DNA of 34,782 nucleotides from a virus. Taxonomy: Duplodnaviria > Caudoviricetes. Below, piece by piece: positions 1-8,880 of the stretch. Each line of letters begins with the position of its first letter. Position 1 is the first letter of the stretch. The stretch lies in IMG/VR virus record IMGVR_UViG_3300020239_000010, positions 1 through 34,782 of that record; one strand, written 5' to 3'. The notes under the pieces are model-generated. The model did not search any database, was not told where the DNA came from, and saw only the letters and a program-made list of their open reading frames with translations. Position numbers and translations under genes: made by a program.

Positions 1-162
1 AAGGACACAGATTCATACCATCGACTGATACGTATGACTGGTGACTCGCAGCTTGCAGCACAATGCAGGCTGCCTGTTGGTGCCTGGTCATGTATCTTCA
101 AGGACGATGGTGGCATCATCTACAATGCCAACTCTGACAACACATTCACTCGAATCAACTAA
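1..162 (+). CDS. Partial early hypothetical protein (5' end outside window)
   Basis: Frame 1 is open from base 1 (KDTDSYHRLIRMTGD...NTFTRIN) to TAA at 160-162, which overlaps the next ATG (TAATG coupling). Confidence 0.55.
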   Translation, partial: KDTDSYHRLIRMTGDSQLAAQCRLPVGAWSCIFKDDGGIIYNANSDNTFTRIN

Positions 163-374
163 TGAAACAAGAGGAATACATCTTGGCTTTTTTCAAGGAC
201 GAGGGGAAACCACAAAGCCCATCAATGGTTTACGATTCTCTTCCTGAGCATTGGCCGATCACCTCTGTCCGCCGTGCAATAACTAACCTAACAACAGCCG
301 GTGAGTTAGTAAAAACTAACAGCACCGTGACTGGTATGTACGGTAAACCTGAACACCTCTGGAGTTTGAAATGA
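162..374 (+). CDS. Small winged-helix DNA-binding protein (early transcriptional regulator-like)
   Basis: 70 aa with wHTH pattern: ILAFF...SPSMVYDSL...ITSVRRAITNLTTAGELVKT followed by a beta-wing (G...HLWSL). Coupled at both ends. Confidence 0.65.
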   Translation: MKQEEYILAFFKDEGKPQSPSMVYDSLPEHWPITSVRRAITNLTTAGELVKTNSTVTGMYGKPEHLWSLK

Positions 375-490
375 TCTGGTCTGAATCTAACATCATCTTT
401 GCCATCGTCGGTATGGTAGGATTGTTCAGCACTGCTGTTATCTGGCAGCGTGCAAATCGTATCACCGGGAGGTACTATGGAAAAAAGTAA
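371..490 (+). CDS. 39-aa single-transmembrane early protein
   Basis: Read manually, below the ORF-track cutoff: MIWSESNIIFAIVGMVGLFSTAVIWQRANRITGRYYGKK. Hydrophobic helix plus basic tail; ATGA overlap with the upstream stop. Confidence 0.6.
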   Translation: MIWSESNIIFAIVGMVGLFSTAVIWQRANRITGRYYGKK

Positions 491-689
491 ATCACTAGAT
501 GACAATTTCTTTATTAAGAATGCCATCCTTTGTTGGCTACACCACTATGGTGATCAAGGTCACAGATGGAATGACATCTACAAGGAGTTAGCTCAACGTG
601 ACACATACATTAACATGGAGTCTAATGATGCAAAGCCCAAGCCACGTCCAGCCAGACGACGCAAACCCAAGGTCGCAACAACCGCTTGA
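477..689 (+). CDS. Hypothetical early protein with basic C-terminal tail
   Basis: ATG at 477 preceded by a GGGAGG Shine-Dalgarno; MEKSKSLDDNFFIKNAILCWLHHY...KPKPRPARRRKPK. Confidence 0.6.
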   Translation: MEKSKSLDDNFFIKNAILCWLHHYGDQGHRWNDIYKELAQRDTYINMESNDAKPKPRPARRRKPKVATTA

Positions 690-705
690 TCTTTCACACT
701 CACCA

Positions 706-852
706 TTGCGCGAGTACGAGATCACCCTGTCAAGTGGCGAGGTCATGTATATCCTCGCCGCCAATTCTGAAGAAGCCGCATGGGATGCTTTGGAATTGTC
801 CATGGACAGAACTTGTAAACTGACTAACGTAAGACGCACCGATGAGTGGTAA
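706..852 (+). CDS. Hypothetical early protein (start uncertain; ORF open from 598)
   Basis: Globular-looking segment REYEITLSSGEVMYILAANSEEAAWDALELS; TTG at 706 is a plausible start; fills the gap before the next gene. Confidence 0.5.
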   Translation: MREYEITLSSGEVMYILAANSEEAAWDALELSMDRTCKLTNVRRTDEW

Positions 853-1156
853 GAAACCCTACTTCCCAAACAACTGGAAGAAGTTCAAGGAGGCACCTGC
901 TGAGTTGTTCGAGCCTCACACGTTTGAAGAGATCATGGATTGGAAGATCGCGGCATGGGAACTACCCTCTGATGTATGCTGTGTCATACGTGCAACTAAC
1001 CTCAAAACTATGAAGGTAAAGGAGCATGTATACAAACGCCAGCACGCTGCTGAAGCCAAGGTCAGGGACTACATGGAGAAGCTTTCACATGAGTTCGTTG
1101 TCTGTACCCATGATACAATCCACTACGTTCACCCTTCCAACATCTACGATGACTGA
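842..1156 (+). CDS. Conserved-looking cyanopodophage hypothetical protein upstream of RNAP
   Basis: 104-aa ORF (YFPNNW...FEEIMDWKIAAWELPSDVCCVIR) overlapping its neighbours, with phage-like codon usage. Confidence 0.75.
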   Translation: MSGKKPYFPNNWKKFKEAPAELFEPHTFEEIMDWKIAAWELPSDVCCVIRATNLKTMKVKEHVYKRQHAAEAKVRDYMEKLSHEFVVCTHDTIHYVHPSNIYDD

Positions 1157-1286
1157 CGCTACTTTCAACTTCCGTCTTGATACGTTGATTGAAGAAATCA
1201 ACATGCATCCACACAAGGATGAAGTGATCCAGCTCCTGCATGAGCAGGTCATGGACGACAAGCAAACCCAATACTTTGACGACTAA
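1149..1286 (+). CDS. 45-aa helical hypothetical protein
   Basis: MTDATFNFRLDTLIEEINMHPHKDEVIQLLHEQVMDD...; overlaps the previous stop and abuts the RNAP start. Confidence 0.6.
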   Translation: MTDATFNFRLDTLIEEINMHPHKDEVIQLLHEQVMDDKQTQYFDD

Positions 1287-3626
1287 TTGGCAACACCCGC
1301 AGAGATCAGTGCTCAGGTTGATCTTGAGCGAGAACAGATACGTCAAGGACTAGAAAAGCTCCACGACAACACCACAAAACTACAGGACAAAGAGTATGCC
1401 AGCGCTACTGCCTATGGCGTGGCTTCTATTGAGCAGCTTATGCCTCTTGTGGTGGCACGTATTCAGCACACTACCAATCGCATAAAAGAGGGCAAAACTG
1501 GTGTTGCCTTTAGGCAGATACAACAGTATCTGGCTGACATTGAGGCTGAAGCTGCTGCTGCAATCTCATGTAAGGTAGTATTTGATAAGGTCTTTGCCAC
1601 AAAGAAAGCATCAGCACTTGTACCAAATGTCACCGATGCTATCGGCCAGGCGGTTGAGAATGAGTGCATGATGCGGCACTACGAGAACAAGGTTCCAGGT
1701 CTGCTACATACAATCAAGCAGAACTACTTCCACAAGGCCAGTGGTACCCACCAGAAAGTCAAGGTCATCACTACATTGATGAACCGTTATGACGTACCAC
1801 ACTGGCAATGCTGGGGACGTGCCAACAGGGTCAAACTTGGTGGCTGGCTGTTGGATTGCATCTGCGAGGTAAGTGGTTGGTTCTTGATAGACATGCGGCA
1901 GCATGGTAACAAGCGTGTGAACTACGTGATCCCATCACCTGAGTTCATGCAGATCAAGGACAAGATCATGGCCCAGGCGGAGCTGTTCAGCCCGTTGGCG
2001 TGGCCGATGCTGATTCCACCTAACGACTGGGACACCGAAAGGCCAGGTGGGTACTTGCTTAACGAGGTCATGCGTGGATACGACATGGTCCGTAGGGGCG
2101 ATCCCACATGTATACAGGGAGAAACACCAATCAGCTTTCTGAACAAGATTCAGAAGGTTGCATACACTCTCAATCCGTTCGTCGTGGGTGTCGCAAAGAC
2201 ATTTATGGAACGACGTATTGAAGTAGGTAAGTTTGTCCCTCAAGTAGAGATGCCTCTACCACCCAAACCTGCTGACATTGATGACAACAAGGACAGTGAA
2301 ATGTCCTATCGTCGTGCAGCAGCAGAGGCATATAACTACAACGCACAAGCGTTTCAGCGGTCATGTCGTACAAGGATGACCATGAACGCAGTGAAAGTAT
2401 TCGAGGATGTAGACAAGTTCTACATTCCTTGGAGCTTCGATTACAGAGGTAGGGCTTACCCTATCCCAGCCTTTCTTACTCCACAAGATACGGACTTCGG
2501 TAAGTCATTACTTAAGTTCCATGAGGGGTCGTTCATGACACCCGAGGCAGAAGATTGGCTAGCCTTCCAGGTCGCCACAACCTATGGCCTGGACAAGGCA
2601 CCCATGCAAGAACGTCTTAAATGGGCAGATGACAACAAAGACCTGATCGAGCGTATAGCTACTGATCCGCTGGGTTGTCTTCACGAATGGGAGGTCGCAG
2701 ATGAACCCTGGACTTTCTTGGCAGCATGTGATGAGTACTTTCATTGCATAATCAAGTGTGATCGTCATTACACGAACCTGCCAGTAGCTGTTGACGCTAC
2801 ATGTAGTGGTCTGCAAATACTTGCAGGTCTTGCACGTGATGCATCGACAGCAGAGCTAGTGAATGTTCTTCCCAGTGATAAACCTCAGGATGCATACAAG
2901 GTTATTGCTGAACAAGCTAAGCCTCATGTACCTGTGTCTATCCGTCCACACATGGATAGGAAGACGACCAAAAGAACGGTCATGACGGTGCCTTACAATG
3001 CTAAACCTTTCTCGAATCGAGGCTACATACGTGAAGCTCTGAAAGAGAAAGGTGTAGAAGTTGAGAAGGATGACCTCACTGCAACTGTCAAGGCTGTACG
3101 TGATGCCATGGACGTCATTGTCCCTGGTCCCATGAAGGTCATGAAGTGGATTGAGAAGGAGGTCGGTAAGGCTATCGACCGTGGCGCTACAAGCCTGACC
3201 TGGATGACACCATCTGGTTTCACAGTCAAACAAAAGCTGATGAAGCCTAAGGTTGCTACTATTGAGTTGCAACTGATGGGTCGTTGTAAGATCAGGGTTG
3301 CCACGGAAGATGGAGACAAGGTAGATAAGAACCACCACAAGAACGCAACAGCGCCAAATCTTATCCATTCCCTTGATGCAAGCCTCCTTCACCTATCTGC
3401 ACTACGCTTCAACGCACCGATTTCCCTCATACACGACTCGGTTTTATGTCGTGCTACTGACATGTCTGTACTTTCAGCCATTGTTCGTGAAACATACATG
3501 CACCTATTTGCGGAGCATGACTACTTGACCACCTTTGCTCACTACATTGAAGCAGAGACAGAACCACCGATCATCGATACGCTGAAACCAGCGAACGTGA
3601 TTGACTCCACCTATTTCTTTTGTTAA
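1287..3626 (+). CDS. T7-like single-subunit DNA-directed RNA polymerase (gp1 homologue)
   Basis: Motifs FDYRGRAYP, DATCSGLQIL (motif A), RKTTKRTVMTVPY (motif B), APNLIHSLDA, IHDS (motif C). 779 aa, TTG start. Confidence 0.98.
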   Translation: MATPAEISAQVDLEREQIRQGLEKLHDNTTKLQDKEYASATAYGVASIEQLMPLVVARIQHTTNRIKEGKTGVAFRQIQQYLADIEAEAAAAISCKVVFDKVFATKKASALVPNVTDAIGQAVENECMMRHYENKVPGLLHTIKQNYFHKASGTHQKVKVITTLMNRYDVPHWQCWGRANRVKLGGWLLDCICEVSGWFLIDMRQHGNKRVNYVIPSPEFMQIKDKIMAQAELFSPLAWPMLIPPNDWDTERPGGYLLNEVMRGYDMVRRGDPTCIQGETPISFLNKIQKVAYTLNPFVVGVAKTFMERRIEVGKFVPQVEMPLPPKPADIDDNKDSEMSYRRAAAEAYNYNAQAFQRSCRTRMTMNAVKVFEDVDKFYIPWSFDYRGRAYPIPAFLTPQDTDFGKSLLKFHEGSFMTPEAEDWLAFQVATTYGLDKAPMQERLKWADDNKDLIERIATDPLGCLHEWEVADEPWTFLAACDEYFHCIIKCDRHYTNLPVAVDATCSGLQILAGLARDASTAELVNVLPSDKPQDAYKVIAEQAKPHVPVSIRPHMDRKTTKRTVMTVPYNAKPFSNRGYIREALKEKGVEVEKDDLTATVKAVRDAMDVIVPGPMKVMKWIEKEVGKAIDRGATSLTWMTPSGFTVKQKLMKPKVATIELQLMGRCKIRVATEDGDKVDKNHHKNATAPNLIHSLDASLLHLSALRFNAPISLIHDSVLCRATDMSVLSAIVRETYMHLFAEHDYLTTFAHYIEAETEPPIIDTLKPANVIDSTYFFC

Positions 3627-4189
3627 TGGCACGCAACACCATCGTAACTGAACAGCCCGTTGTCCTCGAAGGATTCCAGGCAGTACTGAAGCCCGGCAAG
3701 TACGGGTACAACCTGAAGGCCGTAGTCGGCCAGGACGTCGTTGACCAGCTCGAAGCCGAGCGGGCCGATTGTCTGAAGTGGGCTGAATCAAAGCTTGCTA
3801 ACCCGAAGCGTTCGACTCTCAAGCCTGAACCCTGGGAAGAGGTAGCCGAAGGCAAGTATACCGTGAAGTTCTCCTGGAATGAGGAGATGAAGCCTGGTAT
3901 TGTTGATACCGAAGGCACCCCAATCGAAGATGAGAACACACCGCTGTACTCTGGTTGCAAGGTCAAGCTGGCCTTCTTCCAAAAGCCTTACATCCTGAAG
4001 GACAAGGTGACCTATGGCACCAGCCTGAAGCTGCAAGGCGTCCAGGTCGTGACCCTGTCTACCTCTGCTGGTGTTGACACTGGCGACATGGATGACGTGG
4101 ATGTAGCCGAGTTGTTCGGCAAGACCAAAGGATTTAAGACATCTGAACCTGCTGTCACACCCGCACCTGAGGATGACGTAGACTTCTGA
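3626..4189 (+). CDS. ssb: Single-stranded DNA-binding protein (gp2.5 homologue)
   Basis: Position after RNAP; GTSLKLQGVQVV motif; acidic tail ending in Phe (EDDVDF); TAATG coupling. Confidence 0.9.
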   Translation: MARNTIVTEQPVVLEGFQAVLKPGKYGYNLKAVVGQDVVDQLEAERADCLKWAESKLANPKRSTLKPEPWEEVAEGKYTVKFSWNEEMKPGIVDTEGTPIEDENTPLYSGCKVKLAFFQKPYILKDKVTYGTSLKLQGVQVVTLSTSAGVDTGDMDDVDVAELFGKTKGFKTSEPAVTPAPEDDVDF

Positions 4190-4542
4190 TGGCTTTCCGA
4201 TCCGGTCTCGAAGAGAGGATCGCTGATCTTCTCGTAGAACTGGGTGTCAAGTATGAGTACGAAAGTACAAAGGTTCCCTATGTAATCCAACATAATTACA
4301 CGCCTGACTTCATTCTTCCGAATGGAGTTTGGCTTGAAGCCAAGGGTTACTGGGACTCCAAGGACCGAAAGAAGATCAAGTCAGTCATCGAACAAAACCC
4401 TGACATTGATCTTCGGATGGTCTTTCAGGCACCGTTCAATACAATCTCAAAAAAATCGAAGACGACGTACGCACAGTGGTGCGATAAGCTTGGTATCAAG
4501 TGGACGTCCTTCGCAAATATCCCTATCGATTGGCTCTTGTGA
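4189..4542 (+). CDS. Endonuclease I / Holliday junction resolvase (gp3 homologue)
   Basis: FRSGLEERIA, YTPDFILPNG, EAKG, DLRMVFQ, TTYAQWC motifs. Confidence 0.95.
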   Translation: MAFRSGLEERIADLLVELGVKYEYESTKVPYVIQHNYTPDFILPNGVWLEAKGYWDSKDRKKIKSVIEQNPDIDLRMVFQAPFNTISKKSKTTYAQWCDKLGIKWTSFANIPIDWLL

Positions 4543-6134
4543 GCGACTCTGAATTTATCAGGCATATACCTTGCCCGGAGTGTGGATCATCTGATGCAAA
4601 CAGTATCTACACGGACGGGCACGAGTATTGTCACAAATGTAACTATTTCAAACCTGCGGAAGGATCCGCTACAAATCACACTCACCATTCCGTGCAACAT
4701 GTACGACTACAAGGATCAGCCGGAAGGCTGCACTCCAGGGGGATCACAGAGAAAACATGTGAACTCTTCAAAACCTACCGAGACGGAGAACTTCTACGCC
4801 ACTATTACTTCGATGGCACTGGATCGCCTGTTGGCGCGAAAGTAAGGACACCGAAGAAGGAGTTTCGCTGCGAGGGTGAGGTCAAAACCCTCTTTGGGAT
4901 GCAGAACTACCGTCACAAGACGTCTAACAAGACACAAAAGCTTGTGATTACAGAGGGCGAGATGGACGCTATGTCCGTCTGGGAAGCCCAACCACACTGG
5001 GACGTAGTATCCGTGCCAAACGGAGCTGCTGCCGCTAAGAAAGCTATTCAAAACAACTACGAATGGCTCCAGTATTACGACAAGATTGTCCTCTTCTTCG
5101 ATAACGATGAAGCAGGCCACAAAGGCGCTGAGGAAGCTGCCGGTGTGATGCCACCTGGCAAGGTTTTCATCGGCTTCCTAGACGATTACAAGGATGCCTC
5201 AGAGGCTTTACAGGCTGGCGACACCGAAGCAATTCGAGCTGTCTGTAACTTTCAGCACACTCAATACAAACCAGACGGGATTGTTGATGCCAAGTCGTTA
5301 ATCGACGTCATCACAACTCCCTCCCCACCATCAGATCATGACTACCCCTTTCAAGGACTACAAAACAAGCTTCACGGGATCAGGTACGGAGAGCTTGTCA
5401 CGATTACTGCGGGATCAGGGATTGGCAAATCGTCCTTCTGTCGCGACTTATGTACTCACCTGCTTAACAAAGGAGAACGGGTCGGTTACTTGGCACTTGA
5501 AGAGTCAAACCGCCGTACAGCTCTCGGACTTATGTCAGCAGCAGTCGGACGAAGCCTCCACCTTGGAGAGCATGATCGATCTGAGCTAGTTGAAGCGTTC
5601 GATAACACGATCGCGAACTGGAACCTGCATTTGTTTGATGGCTTCGGGTCTTATGACCCTGACCACATCTACAACCGTATCGAATACATGGCAAGCGGCC
5701 TTGAAACCAAGGTTGTTTTCCTCGATCACTTGTCAATCCTGCTATCTGGCCTCGACGGTATCAACGACGAGCGCAAGATGATTGACCAGACAATGACAAA
5801 ACTTAGATCCCTTACTGAGAGGACAGGGATTTCACTATTTCTTGTATCTCACTTACGTAGGACTTCTGGCGATGTCAATCACGAGGAAGGAGCCCGCGTC
5901 ACACTTGGACAGCTTAGAGGATCTGCTTCTATTGCTCAACTCAGCGACGCATGTATTGCGCTCGAAAGAGATCAGCAGAGTGGACCTGAATCAAGCTCTA
6001 CGACTGTGCGCGTCCTTAAAAATCGATATTCAGGCGAAGTTGGTGTCGCCTGTAAGCTGAATTACGACCTATCTACCTGCAAATTCCATGAAACTGCAAT
6101 CGAAGCCGAGTTTGACGCAACAACTGATTTCTAA
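4539..6134 (+). CDS. DNA primase/helicase (gp4 homologue)
   Basis: Zn finger CPECG...CHKC; TOPRIM TEGEMD and FDNDEAG; Walker A AGSGIGKS; LDHLSI; LRGSASIAQLSD; KNRYSG. GTG start overlaps the gp3 stop. Confidence 0.97.
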   Translation: MSDSEFIRHIPCPECGSSDANSIYTDGHEYCHKCNYFKPAEGSATNHTHHSVQHVRLQGSAGRLHSRGITEKTCELFKTYRDGELLRHYYFDGTGSPVGAKVRTPKKEFRCEGEVKTLFGMQNYRHKTSNKTQKLVITEGEMDAMSVWEAQPHWDVVSVPNGAAAAKKAIQNNYEWLQYYDKIVLFFDNDEAGHKGAEEAAGVMPPGKVFIGFLDDYKDASEALQAGDTEAIRAVCNFQHTQYKPDGIVDAKSLIDVITTPSPPSDHDYPFQGLQNKLHGIRYGELVTITAGSGIGKSSFCRDLCTHLLNKGERVGYLALEESNRRTALGLMSAAVGRSLHLGEHDRSELVEAFDNTIANWNLHLFDGFGSYDPDHIYNRIEYMASGLETKVVFLDHLSILLSGLDGINDERKMIDQTMTKLRSLTERTGISLFLVSHLRRTSGDVNHEEGARVTLGQLRGSASIAQLSDACIALERDQQSGPESSSTTVRVLKNRYSGEVGVACKLNYDLSTCKFHETAIEAEFDATTDF

Positions 6135-6228
6135 ACCTAAGCCTCCTACTGAGGAAATGGTTCGCCGTGCTCAGTTTGTGGACAAAACATACCAATGGAA
6201 AAATGCTGGTCTTCGATCTGGAAAGTGA
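6088..6228 (+). CDS. Small hypothetical protein bridging helicase and polymerase
   Basis: Manual read MKLQSKPSLTQQLISKPKPPTEEMVRRAQFVDKTYQWKNAGLRSGK; spans the otherwise empty 6135-6202 gap; start uncertain. Confidence 0.4.
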   Translation: MKLQSKPSLTQQLISKPKPPTEEMVRRAQFVDKTYQWKNAGLRSGK

Positions 6229-6742
6229 CGGACTGTTAGATGATGTCACCTGTATCCACTGTCTTGTTATCTACGATTCGGAGGCTGACAAGACTTATAT
6301 CTACAACGACCAGGGTGATCAGGAACCCATCACTCGTGGTGTTCAGCTCTTGGAAGATGCTGAAATTATTTGTGGTCACAACGTTATTGGTTACGACATA
6401 CCGTGCCTCCGAAAAATTTATGCCTGGTTCAACCCGAAGGGGCTTGTAGTAGACACGCTTCTGCTATCACGCCTGTACCACGCGGACATGTTGGACCTGG
6501 ACCGTGGTCCCAAGTCAAAAGGCAAGTACCTCGGGCGCTGGAAAGAAATGCCCTCATACATGTGGGGTAGACACAGCCTTGAGAGTTACGGCTACCGACT
6601 GAATGAGTTCAAAGGCTCATTCGGTAAGGACACTGACTGGAAAAACTGGTCACAAGATATGCAGGATTACTGCGTACAAGATGTAAACGTCACTAAAAAA
6701 CTATGCGATCACTTCCACCCCTACCTGACTGGGTCGCGTTAG
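6203..6742 (+). CDS. Family A DNA polymerase, 3'-5' exonuclease part (N-terminal gp5)
   Basis: ExoI FDLESDG, ExoII GHNVIGYD, HSLESYGYRL, ExoIII YCVQDV. Stops at TAG 6740-6742. Confidence 0.93.
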   Translation: MLVFDLESDGLLDDVTCIHCLVIYDSEADKTYIYNDQGDQEPITRGVQLLEDAEIICGHNVIGYDIPCLRKIYAWFNPKGLVVDTLLLSRLYHADMLDLDRGPKSKGKYLGRWKEMPSYMWGRHSLESYGYRLNEFKGSFGKDTDWKNWSQDMQDYCVQDVNVTKKLCDHFHPYLTGSR

Positions 6743-7974
6743 AGCATGACGTAGCAACAATTCTCACTAAACAAGAACTACATGGATGGCGATTTGATGT
6801 CGATGCTGCATGGCAACTTGCATCGTCTCTCAGATCAGAGCTTGAGAAAACTTGTCAACTACTACGCAACAAACACCCTTTCGTCAAAGGATCAGAGTTT
6901 ACTCCTAAACGAAATAACAAAACCTCTGGATACGTAGAAGGATGTACGTTCACCAAACTGAAAGAGTTAAATCCAACCTCACGCGACCATATTTCATGGA
7001 TCCTGCAAACATTTCATGGTTGGAATCCAACGGAGATGAGTCCTACTGGGAAGCCCATCATCGACGAAGTGATTCTGAAGGATATTGGGACGGAGATAGC
7101 CCTGGCTTTCTTGAAGTGTCTCGATATTACGAAGAAATTGGGGATGATCTCGGAAGGCACGAACGCATGGCTGAAGCTATGTACGAGTGCTAATCGTATT
7201 CATCATCATTGTTCAGTTGCTACAAACACGCACAGATGTGCACACCGTAAACCAAACCTCGCGCAGTGCCCGAGTGATCATGAATTTAGAGAACTTTTTA
7301 TCGCATCGCCTGGTCAAATTATGGTGGGTGCCGATCTTAGCGGTATCGAGTTACGGATGCTCGCTCACTACCTCGCTCGATACGATGCGGGACGCTATGC
7401 GGACATTCTCCTCAACGGAGACATCCATCAAGTCAATGCAGACAAAATTGGAATCAGTAGACGAGCTGTCAAAACAGTTACCTACGCCTTCCTCTACGGT
7501 GCAGGTGACGCCAAAATTGGACATTCCTTTGACTCTTCCTTAAATGATCGCAATGCGAAATCGAAAGGCAAGGAAATTAGAGAAGCGTTTGTTTCTGCTA
7601 TTGATGGACTTGCGGAACTTTTGGCGGCAATCAAAACGGCGTCTGAGAAGGGCTTTGTCAGGTCTATAGACGGTCGAAAGATCGCTCTGGACAGCCCGCA
7701 CAAAGCTTTGAACTACTTGCTCCAGTCAGGAGCCGGGACCATCGCGAAGCGGTGGCTCCTTATCAATCAACAAACTATTGAATCAACAAAGTTGTGCTGT
7801 GCACAGCTTGCATTTGTACATGACGAACTGCAATTCGAGTGCCACCCTGCCCATGCAGACGACCTATCAGCATCCCTGGTACACAGCGCTGAAGCGGCTG
7901 GCGAGTACTACAAACTACGAGTCCCCATCGCAGCGGAAGCAAAGCAAGGGAAGAACTGGGCGGAGGTCCATTGA
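6703..7974 (+). CDS. polA: Family A DNA polymerase, polymerase part (C-terminal gp5), -1 frame relative to the exonuclease ORF
   Basis: Motif A ADLSGIELRMLAHY, motif B RRAVKTVTYAFLYG (Tyr at the T7 Y526 position), LNYLLQS, motif C VHDE. Confidence 0.95.
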   Translation: MRSLPPLPDWVALEHDVATILTKQELHGWRFDVDAAWQLASSLRSELEKTCQLLRNKHPFVKGSEFTPKRNNKTSGYVEGCTFTKLKELNPTSRDHISWILQTFHGWNPTEMSPTGKPIIDEVILKDIGTEIALAFLKCLDITKKLGMISEGTNAWLKLCTSANRIHHHCSVATNTHRCAHRKPNLAQCPSDHEFRELFIASPGQIMVGADLSGIELRMLAHYLARYDAGRYADILLNGDIHQVNADKIGISRRAVKTVTYAFLYGAGDAKIGHSFDSSLNDRNAKSKGKEIREAFVSAIDGLAELLAAIKTASEKGFVRSIDGRKIALDSPHKALNYLLQSGAGTIAKRWLLINQQTIESTKLCCAQLAFVHDELQFECHPAHADDLSASLVHSAEAAGEYYKLRVPIAAEAKQGKNWAEVH

Positions 7975-8735
7975 TGAAACTACTCATTGATGCCGACTAC
8001 ATTGTCTATAAATCCTGTGCCGGCGCTGAGACAGACATTGACTGGGGTGACGACGTCATCATGGTCGTCAGTAAGTTCAGTGAGGCAATGACAAATGTCC
8101 AACGTGAGCTGACCAAAATCAAAGGTCACTTCATGTGGGACGTGCCTGAACTGATCCTGTTTTTTAGTGACTCTGTAAATTTTCGGAAAAAAATTCTACC
8201 CAGTTACAAGGGTCATCGAAACAGGAAGAAGCCCTGTGGATACAAACGTGTCATCAATGCACTGTCTGAACAGTACGAGGTGATCCGAATCCCTACGTTG
8301 GAAGCTGACGATGCCATGGGTATCTATGCAACAGCTAACCCTGGCAATGTAATTGTCAGTCCCGACAAGGACATGAAACAAATCCCTGGCAAGTTGTTCA
8401 ACATGGATGAACTTGTCGAGATCTCTGAAGAAGAAGGCTATCAATGGCATCTGATTCAGACACTGGCTGGTGACCAGACCGATGGTTACTCAGGCGTGCC
8501 TGGCATTGGAATCAAACGTGCCGTTGCTCTGTTTGATGAGCACGGATACACGTGGGATACAGTTGTCAAAGCTTTCAAAGACAAAGACATGACTGAAGAG
8601 GACGCCCTAATCAATGCCCGACTCGCAAAGATTCTCACCACTAACGAATATGACGGACAAGTCATACCCTGGACTCCCGCCGATGCCGGTGACGGAGCTA
8701 ACGATGGAGCAGAACTTCAAGCTTCGGAGGCTTGA
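7974..8735 (+). CDS. 5'-3' exonuclease (gp6 homologue)
   Basis: LIDADY, YKGHR, LEADD, SPDKD, GDQTDGYSGVPGIG motifs. Confidence 0.95.
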   Translation: MKLLIDADYIVYKSCAGAETDIDWGDDVIMVVSKFSEAMTNVQRELTKIKGHFMWDVPELILFFSDSVNFRKKILPSYKGHRNRKKPCGYKRVINALSEQYEVIRIPTLEADDAMGIYATANPGNVIVSPDKDMKQIPGKLFNMDELVEISEEEGYQWHLIQTLAGDQTDGYSGVPGIGIKRAVALFDEHGYTWDTVVKAFKDKDMTEEDALINARLAKILTTNEYDGQVIPWTPADAGDGANDGAELQASEA

Positions 8736-8880
8736 GGACCTGCTACCTGAGGCAGACAAGCAGGACATCATCACCCTGTTCATGGCACTTCAACGCCAGA
8801 ACTTTTGCCTCGCTAATACTGTTTCAAACCTGGTACAAAAGTGGCCCAATCTCCCACCCACTACACCCGCGGAAACATAG
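8650..8880 (+). CDS. nblA: NblA-like phycobilisome degradation adaptor (start could be 8614, 8650 or 8683)
   Basis: ELTMEQNFKLRRLEDLL...KQDIITLFMALQRQNFCLANTVSNLVQKW matches the NblA two-helix pattern (L-T/S-x-E-Q-x-F-x-L ... L-x-x-Q ... W). Overlaps gp6 and the next gene. Confidence 0.75.
   Translation: MTDKSYPGLPPMPVTELTMEQNFKLRRLEDLLPEADKQDIITLFMALQRQNFCLANTVSNLVQKWPNLPPTTPAET

Noticed and set aside
6203-7974. DNA polymerase pseudogene
   Set aside because: All exonuclease and polymerase catalytic motifs are intact with a single frame break at the domain boundary, so recoding or a split gene is more plausible than decay.
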